A stretch of DNA of 63,416 bases, the filler included, from Ministeria vibrans ATCC 50519 (taxonomy: Eukaryota > Protista > Filasterea), in the NCBI GenBank assembly GCA_943704425.1. It is 10 parts of 10 records of this genome, joined end to end, with 100 filler letters (N's around TTAATTAATTAA, not from the genome) between each part and the next. Parts side by side here need not be neighbours in the genome. Positions count along the whole stretch, not along the records: positions 35,569 to 54,133 come from CALSCP010000607.1; positions 54,234 to 55,756 come from CALSCP010002573.1; positions 55,857 to 58,954 come from CALSCP010002070.1; positions 59,055 to 61,107 come from CALSCP010001543.1; positions 61,208 to 63,416 come from CALSCP010000666.1; 5 more parts are not named here. One strand, 5' to 3'. A program made the position numbers and the translations under genes. Positions 48,813-61,489 of the stretch are shown here, in pieces. The notes beneath the pieces are model-generated. The model worked only from the letters and a program-made list of their open reading frames with translations, did not search any database and was not told where the DNA came from. How positions within the stretch are numbered: the stretch's first letter is position 1; every line of letters starts with the position of its first letter.

Positions 48813-49865
48813 TCAACGTTTGAATATGTTCTTGAGACCGTGCGAGGAAGAGCCCATGGCTAACACCCGATCAACAACACCAAGCACAGGGACACTCACG
48901 AGCGTGTCGGTCGAGCACAGAAGATCCATTTCAATGTTCTGACAGCCCGCTTGCTTTGAGTACGCGTCAGCCTTTCACACCACGCAATACGAGAGAACGA
49001 GAGAGTGAGGGGAGGAAACGGTTATTTAATGTCGCTTACGTCTGTAATAGCTACTGTTCGAGGTATTGACGAGTCGACGTGCGTTCCGACAAGAAATACG
49101 GGCGCCTGTGCATAGGGTACAGAAAAAAATTACAAATCGAATTTACGCCACCATGTATACTATACCTCTTTGCCTGACAAGCGAGAAATTTCTTCTCTCA
49201 TAAAGCATACTCGCTCAAAGGACTCCCGTGATCGAGTGTTATATAGTAAAACAAAACCCTGCGTACAGACAAATGGACAGATCGCTTTGAGGGTGGGGCT
49301 GCCTGTCTGGGCAGGGCAGTACGCACTATACCTGCGCTCGCTTCATGTACGAATGAATCATGCCCGGAATGGTTTCCTGTCCAAAATAGAGTGCGCACAT
49401 GTTAAACAACCTCCCCCATGCTCTCCCTCTCTTGGCCCTCGCGCACTCCATCTTACCGCCTCCTACACAATGAAAGGAGAGAGGTGAAAAACAACCATTT
49501 TCAAAATAATCCGATCTATCCGGCTTACCGCTCCCGGCGAGTCCATTAGGTGAATGATTGCCAGCGTGTCGCCTCGTACGACTGATCTTTCATAGATGTC
49601 TTCAATGGTGGGCTCATTCTGTTGCGCAATAGCGTCGTTGGAGACGAAGGAACTTGCCACAATCCTTTTCGATACCTGTGCTAGTCTCTCGTCGTCGATT
49701 TGTCCAAGGGCAAACCTCTCAATGATGGTGGTCTTGCCAACACCTCGGCACCCAAGAAAACACACTCGAATCGACCGAACCTACGCAAGGAGAGGCTGAA
49801 AAGGGCTCGGCGGATGCGGCGGTGCGTACGTCCTTGTACGGGGGGAGGGGCTCGCCGACCGACAT
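48813..49865 (-). CDS. Divergent Ras-superfamily small GTPase
   Basis: G1 FLGCRGVGKTT, effector EPTIEDIY, G3 LMDSPG and G4-position FLVGTHVD; no CAAX. Confidence 0.75.
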
Positions 49866-50012
49866 GCTGCTGGATGGGTAGACAAGGGAACTAACTGTTG
49901 CGAGTTGTCCAGGAGTGACGCACCGCGAACGGAAAGATGTGTGAAATAGATTGAATTATTTATTTGAAGTACAAAGTGTGAATAATTATTTTTCTTTTTG
50001 TAAGTTGACTTG

Positions 50013-52290
50013 TCAGATTAAATCATTTTCAAGATCATGATCATGATTCTCGTGTTCGCCCGTGGTATATGTAGCCGTCGTCGTAGTCGCCAACTCCCGC
50101 TCCTCCGCCTGCCGTACGAGTCGCTTGCGAAATTCTCGCATGGTCTTCAGCAGACGATCTGCAAGATCGTCAACGTCGGTCATGGCCATGCCGACCGCAG
50201 CTGCCACTGTCAGGTAGGCACAGGGGTAGCCTGTGTAGTGCGCGCCGTAACCATCAAAGCAGATTCCGCCGACTTCCTTCGTATCCAACGAACTTACAAC
50301 CCTATTTCACAGGAAGAGGTAAACGATCCGTCAGCCCCAAACCACATTCACACACGTCTCTTGATGTGCGTGTGCATGTTTCACACCTGGCGCCGGAAAC
50401 GTTTCGTGAAAACAACATTGCCCCAAATTGCGACGCACTCTCGCGTGGCACACTCTCCAGAGTCATCGCCAGCGAAATAGGGTTTCCGCGCGTCTCTAAA
50501 AGCCGCTCGCCCATCGTCGAAGCCACACTGACCATCTTCTCACGCAGATACACAAACACTTTCTAACCACGCACAGTAGTATAAGAGAAGCACTCACACT
50601 TGCACACACATGTACCTTGCGCTGTGTCAGAAGCCCCCGCCAGCCATCACGGCCCATCGACAAGAGTGTGACAAACACATCAATGGAGGGTGTTGCACTT
50701 GCGCGACCTTGACCGAAAAAAAACGAAGAAATAAAAAGCACCACGTCAATACATCCACACACATTAGAGAGTGCGACTGCCATACCTGGATAACACTTCC
50801 CCACAGCGTCAATGAAGGCGCGGTCAAACCCCGCCACAACCGCACCGCCCACCGGAACCATGAAGTTCTTATCCGTGCTCTGTACATACGCATCTACTCG
50901 CCCCCGTCGCGCCCCGTCCCGCACCAGCTCCATGCACCGCCCGCTCTGCACTCCATACGCATTATTCACCACATGCCCAATGCCAACCTCACTGCACAGT
51001 TCGCTCACTTCGATAATCCTAATTCACCAACCATCCGTCAGAAACACATCTCTCTATCACTTTGTTCTTGATTGTTTCGCTCTCGTTTTCTTTCTTTCTC
51101 TCTCTATCAATATCATTTTGTTTCGTTTCTTTCTCTCTATCACTGTGTTTCTTTCTCTCTATTACTTTCTTTGTTTCTTTCTCTCTATCACTTTGCTCTG
51201 TCTTTCTCTCTCTCTCTCTTCTATCTATCTAACTCTCTCTCTCTCTCTCTTCTATCTATCTAACTCTCTCTCTCTCACTCTCTAACTCTCTCATTCTCTC
51301 TCTATCTCTAACTCTAACTCTAACTCTATCTCTATCTCTCTCTTGCTAACTCGTACTTGTCGGGAATGCGCGGCGCAAAGCAACTGGTCGTAGTGAGCAC
51401 ACAGAGCACTTGGTCTACGCCCACTCGCTCCACTTCACGCCGCACCGCCCCAACATCCGTTTGCAACTCATCACCCACCAACACATTCTCAACGACAATC
51501 GGCTCACAGCCTGCCGTCAGAATCGCTTTGAGACACGACTTCTGATCGATACGCGGCCATATCACATAGCGTGCTTTCCGACCTCGCTCCGTTTGCTTCA
51601 TCGTAAGCAGCGTCAGAACCAGTGACATTCCCGTGGCCACCGGCAACACAAGACACGCCTCGGTCGCTGGCGCACCTACGGACGAAACACTTGAGAGTTG
51701 AATCGTCGCCCCCACCTCCTTAGACACACCTGAAAGTTTAAGAAGATCCAATGCCAGATAGCGTGTCAAACGAGCCATCAACGACGAGCCGGCGGCTTTG
51801 GGTTGCATCGCCGCAATGTCGCCGGACCGTCCAACGCCGTGGATTAATCTGAAAACGAGTTGATCACCGTGCTTGTCTCTCTCGTACGCCCGTCGTATCA
51901 AACCTAAAATGTCGCCGTGCTACAATGGAAGAGTATACACGCCCTTCTCGCTCGCCGGCACCCACATTGCCTGTAGAATGTCAATGAAACAGATGTGAGC
52001 TCACTCACTCTTTCCTATTCTGCCCATACCAAGAAAATTGTTCGAGTCCATCATTGAAAGCTCGGCCAAGACAAGCTCGATAGTTGCGTCGTCCCATCCG
52101 TGGTCCGGAAGTCGTCTCTAACACACACCCGCAGATATGGCGTGACACGAAAAGGTGTAATCTTGTAAACACAAACCTGTGACAAGAGCTGCTTAAGCAG
52201 ATTGCTTCGCGACCGCAACGATTGGCATCCTTGACGCACATAAAGTGCAGGTACAAGATCGGCCGAGAGCGTTTCGTTCTCCTCATTCAT
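50013..52290 (-). CDS. SEPSECS: O-phosphoseryl-tRNA(Sec) selenium transferase
   Basis: [74 protein letters not shown] and [10 protein letters not shown]. Confidence 0.96.
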
Positions 52291-52420
52291 TCTTACAGCA
52301 ACAATACAACAGAAAAAAATATGATTGATTCTTGATATTAACCCTTGTTCTGATAGTAGTGATCTCACATTTGACATTTCAAAATTCAAATGACTCTGAT
52401 GACACATCAGGTTTTTATTC

Positions 52421-52756
52421 ATGTTGCGAGTATTGACGTCCAGTCGAGCCGTCACGGCTACTACTGCGACAGCAACAGCGGCGGCGCGGATACTTCTCCG
52501 CTGGACGTCTACGTCGAAACCTGCCAAGCTGGCTGTCCCTGTTGATCTCATTCGGAACTGTGGCATTATGGCGCACATTGACGCGGGAAAGACCACGACC
52601 ACCGAGAGAATGCTGCATTACGCGGGCGAAACGAGAGCGATTGGAAACGTAGACGACGGAAACACGGTGACAGATTATCTCATTCAGGAGCGCGAACGAG
52701 GCATCACCATTGTCAGTGCTGCTGTCACATTTGGCTGGAAAGGTTTGCACTGCGTC

Positions 52757-52823
<67 letters not shown>

Positions 52824-52827
52824 CGTG

Positions 52828-52865
<38 letters not shown>

Positions 52866-53972
52866 AAATTCACGTTTTGATCTTTTCAGGACATCGAATC
52901 AACTTGATTGACACGCCGGGCCACGTCGACTTTACCGTCGAAGTTGAGCGAGCAGTGCGCGTCATGGATGGAATGGTTGCAGTGCTGGACGGGGTCAGCG
53001 GTGTCGAGGCACAAACACGTACCGTGTGGGCACAGGCAGTGCGCTACGGCGTCCCTCGCATTGTCTTTGTCAACAAAATGGACCGTGAAGGCGCCAACTT
53101 TGTGCGTTGCGTCAAATCATTACGCGAAACTTTTCAAGGAACTTTCACTCCCATTCAAATGCCGGTTGGTGGCGATGTGGGCGTTTTCAAGGCCATCGTG
53201 GATCTCGTTACCAACGAAGTGCTCACCTGGACCAACGTTGAGGGCACCGAGTTTACTCGTACCCCCTTGGCTGAGTCCTCATTGGCCGCCTCTATCGTGG
53301 CCGATGCACAAGCAGCTCGAGCGTATCTTATTGACGTGAGTCCCACCAGTTTCTACTCTGTCCACCGCCATCCTCCCAAACTCACTCTCCGCGCGTCCCC
53401 GCGTTTCTTTTTAGTCTCTGACGATGGTCGACGACGTCTTCCTGGAAGCAATGCTTGAGCTCGAGGACGACGGCTCAGCGTCGTTCAACGCGCAGGTGGG
53501 CGAGGCAGTGGCACGCAGCACCAAACAGGGTCTGATGCATCCCGTGCTCTGTGGCTCGTCCTTTCGCAACCGTGGTGTGCAGCCCCTTCTCGACGCCATG
53601 GTCGCCTACCTGCCGGATCCCACCGAACGACCCCCCGTTGCTGGGTTTTACCTCGACTCCGACACAACCGACAAGCGCAAGGTGTCGTACACCAAGAAGG
53701 CCAAAACCAAAAACAACCTGCTCGAGCCCATTGACAGCACCGAGTTTGCCATTGTTGCACCCACAGTTGCTCCACCCGACGCCAAGCGGCTCCACATTGC
53801 CAAGAGTGTACGCTCTGGTGACCTCTGCATGCTCGCCTACAAGGTCTCTCACTCGAACCGCCGCGCTGCTATGGTGCACTTCCGCGTGTATCAGGGCGCC
53901 GTGCGAGCCCACGAGCAACTCAAGAACAACACCCGCGGCGGCGCAATTGAGCGCGTCGGTCGTCTTCTTCAG
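52421..53972 (+). CDS. GFM2: Mitochondrial EF-G2/ribosome-releasing factor 2, 5' part
   Basis: Presequence-like N-terminus, [61 protein letters not shown] and [15 protein letters not shown]. Confidence 0.88.
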
Positions 53973-54045
53973 GTAGCAATCACATTCTGCATTAACGTTC
54001 CAATAGACTTAATTTAATAATAATGCTACTACAATAACACTAGTG

Positions 54046-54105
<60 letters not shown>

Positions 54106-54233
54106 TAAATTATTATGTTTTATTTTTATATTANNNNNNNNNNNNNNNNNNNNNNNNNNNNNNNNNNNNNNNNNNNNTTAATTAATTAANNNNNNNNNNN
54201 NNNNNNNNNNNNNNNNNNNNNNNNNNNNNNNNN

Positions 54234-54612
54234 GGCACAAGGAGACTACAGTCGTGCTCTTGAGTACTATGAGCGTGCTCTGACCATCCATGAGAAGTCT
54301 CTTGGTCCCGACCACCCATCCACAGGCACCACATTGAACAACATGGCTATCGTGTTCAAGGAACAAGGAGACTACAGTCGTGCTCTTGAGTACTATGAGC
54401 GTGCTCTGACCATCCATGAGAACTCTCTTGGTCCCGACCACCCATCCACAGGCGACACATTGAACAACATGGCTGGTGTGTTCTGGGCACAAGGAGACTA
54501 CAGTCGTGCTCTTGAGTACTATGAGCGTGCTCTGACCATCAAAGAGAAGTCTGTTGGTCCCGACCATCCATCTACTGTCACTACTCTGAACAGCATGACT
54601 GCCATGTTCTAG
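54234..54612 (+). CDS. C-terminus of a TPR (TPR_10/12, 42-aa) repeat protein, followed by degenerate repeats to ~54960
   Basis: Near-identical 126-bp units encode QGDYSRALEYYERALTIxExxLGPDHPSTxxTLNNMA. Confidence 0.88.
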
Positions 54613-55459
54613 TCTCAACATGCCATATGCACTCGAGTTCTATTTGTCGTCGCCAGCCCAGAGAAGTCTCCCGGTCCCGACCACCCACTCACCAGCCAGA
54701 CACTAGACAACATGGCTATTGCTTATCGGATCCAAGGTGACCTCCCTTGCGCCCCTCGGCTGCCACGAGCGCGCTCTCGCCATTAAAAACCGCACTCTTA
54801 GCCCTTCGCACTCTTCTACGGGCATTACCCTCCTCGACCTGTCTTCCCTCTGTCTCGCCCTCAAACAGTTTCAGTCGTGCTTTTCAATGCAGTGAACGTG
54901 CTCTAGCTATCTTCAAAGAGTCGTTCGGTCCGACCATCCGTTCTCTGCCGAAGCTGAAAATGCCGTTATTTTCATTTTTGAAGATTTTGCTTTTTTTTTT
55001 TTCTTCTCTATGCCTGTGGCAGTCTTTGTGTAGTGCTATTAGCTGTGCTGTAAAGTTTAATTAAATAGTCTAACCAGAATATGAAAACTTAACCAAGAAA
55101 ACAAAGAAAACAACTACTCATTTTACCTTTTCCTCGTTCAAGCAACACGAACAAGGTCAGAGCCCTAAGCCTCCACTGGGGATGTGGCGTACTATTGCGA
55201 TTACCTCACTGGATAGCGATTGCACTTGTGCTTTTGATGTTGATCCTGGTGACTATATCATGAATATATTGCTACTTCTCTTCCAACTGATTATAATAAT
55301 ATTAATATTATTATTATTATTAAATTTATTATCATAATAATTCATAATAATAAAAATATATAATTATTATCGTCGTAATCATAATTCAGTAAATTAACTT
55401 TCTTAGTTCTTCGAAAATCGAATCAATTCTCTTCTTTCACTCCTAACCCCTAAGTTTTA

Positions 55460-55673
55460 ATGGCCACTCGAACTCTCGTCTTGCAAGCATACCGCGACTT
55501 GTTGCGAGCAAGGTACAATTTCTTCATCTTCTCTTGAAACTGCACTTAACGCCAACGCACACAGGAGAGAACTCTTTGCGGGTGACGACCACATGCTGAA
55601 GGGTGCTGTGCTGGAGATTCGAAGTAAATTTCGGGCCAATGTCGACGAAACGGACCCGTTGAAGATTGCAAAG
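55460..55673 (+). CDS. LYRM7: LYR-motif protein (LYRM7/MZM1-like), 5' part
   Basis: MATRTLVLQAYRDLLRAR|RELFAGDDHMLKGAVLEIRSKFRAN. Confidence 0.78.
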
Positions 55674-55708
55674 GTGCTCTCTCCTCTCTCTCTATCACTT
55701 TGTTTCTT

Positions 55709-55756
<48 letters not shown>

Positions 55757-55857
55757 NNNNNNNNNNNNNNNNNNNNNNNNNNNNNNNNNNNNNNNNNNNN
55801 TTAATTAATTAANNNNNNNNNNNNNNNNNNNNNNNNNNNNNNNNNNNNNNNNNNNNC

Positions 55858-56806
55858 GACTCACTGACCTGTCCCTCGGAAGAGGAGTACCGCACCATGG
55901 TCACCCGCAGTACGTTTTCTATTACGTTTGTGTGTCTGTATATGTGTGGTGTATGGTATGTGTGGTGTATGTGTATGTGTGTTTGGTTGATCTGCTCAAG
56001 TCTTACTGTGTCACCAACTGTCTGTTGCAATTTGTCTCACTTGGTACTCTTTAGAGACGGGCGGCTTGTTCCGACTGGGTGTTTCTCTTATGCAGCTCTT
56101 CAGTGATTGCAAACACGACTTCAATCGTCTCATTGACGATTTGGGTCTGTACTTTCAGGTACACTCACGAAACGAACTCAATCACTCAAAGCGACGCATT
56201 TGTCTCTCTTTTCACTCATTGCTAGGTTCGCGATGACTATGCGAATCTTTTGAGTGAGGAATATGCCGACAATAAGGTACACTGACCGACCGACTCACTC
56301 ACTCACTGTCACACACACATTTATTCACTCATTCTGTCTCATTCATTCGCTATCGAATTCACTCACTGTTTCAATTTTTTAGTCTTTTGCTGAGGATTTG
56401 ACGGAGGGAAAGTTCAGTTTTCCCATTATTTACGCTATTACCCACGATCCCTCGTCAAAACTACTCAGTACGTTTGTTGATTAGTATGGTTTGCACATGT
56501 TAATTATAATTATTTGTGTGTGGTTTAGACATTCTTCGACAGAAACCGACGGACATTAACCTGAAAAAGGTAATAAACTGCACTGCTTGTGTGTGTACTG
56601 ATTGGATTGCTATAAATGTGTAGTATTTTATTGAGACGATGTCCAAGTTGGGGGCATTTGAATACACTGAACGAGTGTTGGGGGAGCTGGACGAAGCCAT
56701 TCTGAGTGAGGTTGAGCGTTTGGGGGGCAATGCCGTGCTCGTGACGCTGATGGAGCGACTGCGCAAGGTTCATCGCGAGCGAAGGGCTTCGACCAGTCAG
56801 CATTAA
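55858..56806 (+). CDS. GGPS1: Geranylgeranyl diphosphate synthase, 3' part
   Basis: CPSEEEYRTMV..|KTGGLFRL, GLYFQ|VRDDYANL..YADNK|SFAEDLTEGKFSFPII and ILRQKP..LKK. Confidence 0.92.
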
Positions 56807-57075
56807 GAGAGAGATGTGTGTCCGTGAGTGAGTACAACTGTATGAGATGTTTTTGTTTCCCAATGCCGTGCTCGCCGGCAGTCTCCTACATGCCAGTCAC
56901 AATTTTTGCGTAAGAAGACTCTGTCATCACACGAAAGGCGACGTAAATGCCGGAGCGGCGGGAGCGCATAAACTCCGTGATCACATCGGCGAAATGTCAT
57001 GTATCCTTATTCTTCGGTTTCTTCCTCGGACCTCGATCATTTTATTTTATTTGTCTCGAGCATACCACGTTAGGA

Positions 57076-58590
57076 ATGGAGGAGGACGACGATAACATCT
57101 CCGTTGGCTCAGCGACGGCTCTTGACGTGCTTGCTGAAGCTTCCGATCCGACAACTCCTCTTGTCCTTGCCGACATGTTTGACACATCTTACGCGGAATC
57201 CCCTTCGACAGTCGTTCCTGAGCCACCTGCTCCACCCAACGACGTCTTCCCTGGCTCGGCCTCATGGAACCCCACCAAAGCGAGCAATGCCAAGCGAAAA
57301 AAGCCCGCAGCAAAGCGACGAAAGGTACGAGAGCGGTAGCAAACGCAAAAACGTCACCCACCATCCTCCGCCGGCTGCACAGAGCTCGGCTGCCATGCCC
57401 CATGTAGATCATGTGTCGAGTGTGTCGATTGGGGAGCTCTTGTGGGCGAAGTGGGGCCGCTACCCGTACTGGCCGGCGATTGTGACGGACATGACGGCGA
57501 GCGGCAGCCGCGAAATGCTTCACCGCGTCACCAACGGCAAGTACACGCCCGAGACGCTGCCCGAAGGCACGTACATGATGCGATTCCTTGGCAGTCGCGA
57601 CTCGGCGCTCGTTACGCTCTCTCTCCTCGTCGAATTCGACGCGAACGTCGCGCGCTTTGAGCGGGGCAGCAAATCGCGTCAGTTTCGCACGGGAGTCGAG
57701 CATGCGATGAAGTACCGAGCGACCGGCGAGGTAGACGAAGCCCACATTGGCTTTGTTGTATTTGACGTTGACAGTAACGTTGTGTATGTGTAGCTTCCGC
57801 CAGACCTGTTTGATTATGGATTCGATTCGAGTGAGGACGACGAAGACGACGAAGAAGAGGACGAGGAAGAAGAAGAGACCAAGCCAAAGAGAGTGGCTCG
57901 GTCGCGAAAGAGTGAGCTGCTGTCTACGACGAAGAAGAAGACGGGAAAGGGAAACAGTAGGAAGAAGGAGAAGAAAGAGGAGGAGGACAACGAAGACGAA
58001 GTAGTGGATGTGGAGAAGGATGATGAACCGAGTGAGGAAGAAGAAGAGGATGATGATGATGAGGACGAGGACGAGGACGAGGAGGAAGGGGGACATGTGT
58101 ACTTAAGCGAGGATAGCAGTAGCGTGGATGACGGTGAGGACGAAATGGAGGTGATGCGGTCGCTGATGAACAGTCGAGCTGGCGATGAAGGAGAGGGACG
58201 TAGACGGCGCAAGAGCACGCTGCTGCTGAGGGACACAAATGAGTACTGTGGGGGAGGGGTGCGCACAAAACCACGGAGGGAGAGCACTGTTGTCCGTGGC
58301 GGTAGCACAGGGGGAGGGGGAGGGACGAGTGAGCAGAAGCGATATGATGAAAAGGGGAGTGATGCGAAACCGGCACAGCGCAAGCGACGCAGAGCGGGTC
58401 ATGATGACGATGACGATGACTTTGCAGTGGACGAGGCGGACGAACGCGATGCACTGCTCGAAATGGGAACCATGGAAGGTGATGACAATGTCCGGTTCAG
58501 CGTCGACAAGAAAGGACGCATTGTGAAGCGCAGAAAGAGCACCGCAGCAACAGCACATTCGTCAAGACCACACAAGCAGTCACTTGTCAC

Positions 58591-58631
<41 letters not shown>

Positions 58632-58825
58632 GGCGGCTCAAGGAGGAAAAGGAGGCACTGTTGTCGCCCTTCGATGCTTTCTCCGCGCCCACTGTTATCG
58701 AGTATGATCCCGTTGCGTCCGTCAATTCTCCGCTCACTGCTCAGTACTCTGCCAATCTCAATGGTGAGATTACGGTGCCGGTTCCCTCAGACTTTCCTCG
58801 AAGGGTCTTTGACAAAACCACAGTA
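57076..58825 (+). CDS. PWWP-domain chromatin protein with acidic and Q-rich regions (partial)
   Basis: SIGELLWAKWGRYPYWPAIV...YMMRFLGSRDSALV. Confidence 0.8.
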
Positions 58826-59439
58826 AGAAATTTGAGACGGAGAACACATTGATGTGTCGTTTCGCGATCATTTTGTCTCTCTCTCTTCTTTCTTTATCAC
58901 TTTGTCTCTCTCTCTCTTTTCTTTCACTCTCACTTTGCATCCCCCCCATGGGTTNNNNNNNNNNNNNNNNNNNNNNNNNNNNNNNNNNNNNNNNNNNNTT
59001 AATTAATTAANNNNNNNNNNNNNNNNNNNNNNNNNNNNNNNNNNNNNNNNNNNNTCGAGTTTGATAGGCGGTTGGGAGTCAGCGCTGGTGGCAGCAGCAG
59101 ATGGTGTAGGGAAGACGACACAGCGTTCGCGCACGAGTGTGAAAGGGGTGCCGGGTTGGAAGGTCAAAGCCGACGATGGGGAGACGATGATACTGTGAGT
59201 GCCATTGCCGACATTCCCGTTGGACACACAGAGATTGGAGGTGAAGGAGACTTCCTGGTCAACATAGAGGCGCAAGGTGCGCCAGCAACCTTGAAGTTTC
59301 CAATGGGGTGTGTTGGGTGTGCTTCGATCAGTGACATCGCGCGACTGAAGGGTGAGAAAGACACGTTCAACGTCAACGTCTGCATCCGGTGGGCTCGAAC
59401 AGCAATGCCAGAGCGCTGGGCATCGGCGCTTGTGCAAGG

Positions 59440-59845
59440 CGCGCGTGACGGCGGCAGCGATTGAGCGATGAGGAAAGACGCAAGCTAGAGGTCAGCTTTG
59501 CCGACTTTGTCGTAACGCAGGAGCGTCTTGCCAAGCACGTCGGTCGGGAGCATGGAAATTTCGTCAATGACAAGCAACCACGCGTATGTTGCGGAGAAGT
59601 TGCGGATGCATTGGGCAATGTTCGGAGACAAATTCTTCTGCTCTTGGTCGCGCTTGACACTGCCAATACCCATGTAGGTGTGGACGGTGTCACCCCACTG
59701 TTGATAGTAGCTGAGCCGGTACTGGCGGTGAGAGCAAACGTGTGCATGAAGCAATTCCCCACCTCTCAGCGAAGTAACAACCTCTGTCTCTTACCAGTGC
59801 CACCCTGCCCCTCAATGCTATGCGTAGAGGTTCGTCGCTGACATG
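59440..59845 (-). pseudogene. Frameshifted PIF1-family helicase remnant (Helitron-like)
   Basis: Across frames: IEGQGGTGK (Walker A), LTASTGSATIN/GDTVHTYMGIG (motif Ia/Ib) and LLVIDEISML (Walker B). Confidence 0.7.
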
Positions 59846-60294
59846 CTGAAAGTGCACATCAATACGTTTACAAACGTCGTCGAGGGCTTCACAACGCACA
59901 CGACTTGCATTGACAGGCAAGGTGAGCGAACGGTCCCGTAACATGTGACGAAAGAGTCCCAGCGCGGCCAGAGTAAACGCTCGCCTGGTGCCGCAGCTCG
60001 TTGAGACTGTTGAGAACCGCAACCTCAGCAATAGTGGTGCGGAGTGTGGCCAGCAAGAGCAACCTGCGAGCGAGTGAGTGCACGAGCTGCGGCAACGGAC
60101 GGTAAAGCGCTTCGGGCGGCACCGGCGACAATCGTCCATGGGGCGACCGACACATTTAATAGACTCTCGTTTAGACCATGAAGCGTGACCGCACACAATC
60201 ACACAGTGCAACAGGAGCTCAAAGTCTAGAAGGCACGCTGGCGAAGACGGAATTCAAGCTCAGCAGGCGTGAGGTGGCCGCTCGCTGTTGTGGA

Positions 60295-60677
60295 GGCAAG
60301 GGCCTCGCCTGGCTCGAGCCGAGCGAGTACGGCGACATCCTGAGCGACATTGTCTGCACACGCGTCACCTCCAATGCATGCGAGGCAAGGGCCTCGCCTG
60401 GCTCGAGCACGGCAACATCCTGAGCGACATTGTCTGCACACGCGTCAACTCCAATGCATGCGAGGCAAGGGCCTCGCCTGGCTCGAGCACGGCGACATCC
60501 TGAGCGACATTGTCTGCACACGCGTCAACTCCAATTCATGCGAGGCCCTTGTCACCCTGAGCGACATTGTCTGCACACGCGTCAACTCCAATGCACGCAA
60601 GGCAAGGACCTCGCCTGGCTCGAGCACAGCGACATCTTGAGCGACATTGTCTGCACACGCGTCAACTCCAATGCATG
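60295..60677. repeat. 80-bp tandem repeat, about 4-5 copies
   Basis: cgcgtca(a/c)ctccaat recurs at 60361, 60441 and 60521, plus later partial units. Confidence 0.92.
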
Positions 60678-61489
60678 GTGCTATTGTACAGGCCATTACT
60701 GTGCTCTAGCCACTGAGCAGCAATATTGAAGCAAGGAGCGAAATAGTTTGCATCGATCGGCGTCGTCAACAAGGTAGTGGTCAATGACGCGCCCTGTTCG
60801 AATTCAGTGGCGAAACTGGGAGCAACGGGGGTATCACAAGCACCGGCGGGAGGGACAAATTCAGCTGTGACAGAGGCGTTGGCACTTTGAGCAGCACTGG
60901 AGGAGAGATGGACAAGCATGCGCGGCCGTGGGGTGCACGACCGTACTAGAATATTCCACGCGCGATGTGGGCTTGACGACAAAGGTGCCTGAGGTCGAGT
61001 ACATGGCACCAGTGAAACCGCCTGGGTGAGCAACAATCGAGGCAGCCTGGAGACTGTGTACAGCCTCATAGGCAGCATGGCCGTCGACCAGGTCGTTTGC
61101 ATCCGTGNNNNNNNNNNNNNNNNNNNNNNNNNNNNNNNNNNNNNNNNNNNNTTAATTAATTAANNNNNNNNNNNNNNNNNNNNNNNNNNNNNNNNNNNNN
61201 NNNNNNNTTTCGTTTTTTTTTTTTTTTTTTTTTTGAAAATTGTCAACTACACCTCACACCGAATTCGCTCCTTCCTGCGCACCGTTCGCCCTTGCATTGT
61301 CTGTAATTGATCCTTATTGACTGTCTTGTGGCGCGACAGCGCACCGAGTGAGTAAATATGAGCTGTATGGGGACATTTAATCAATTTTATGCGTCGAATC
61401 TGCCTCCTCCGACGGCATACGCTATTTTCTCTCTCTCTCTCTCTCTCTATTGCTCATCTTTTCTTTTTTCTTTTTTGCATCTTTGACAG

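Noticed and set aside
50013-52290. Selenocysteine gene cluster (tRNA-Sec, SECIS or selenoprotein near SEPSECS)
   Set aside because: No tRNA cloverleaf or convincing SECIS recognised by eye; the neighbours are unrelated genes.
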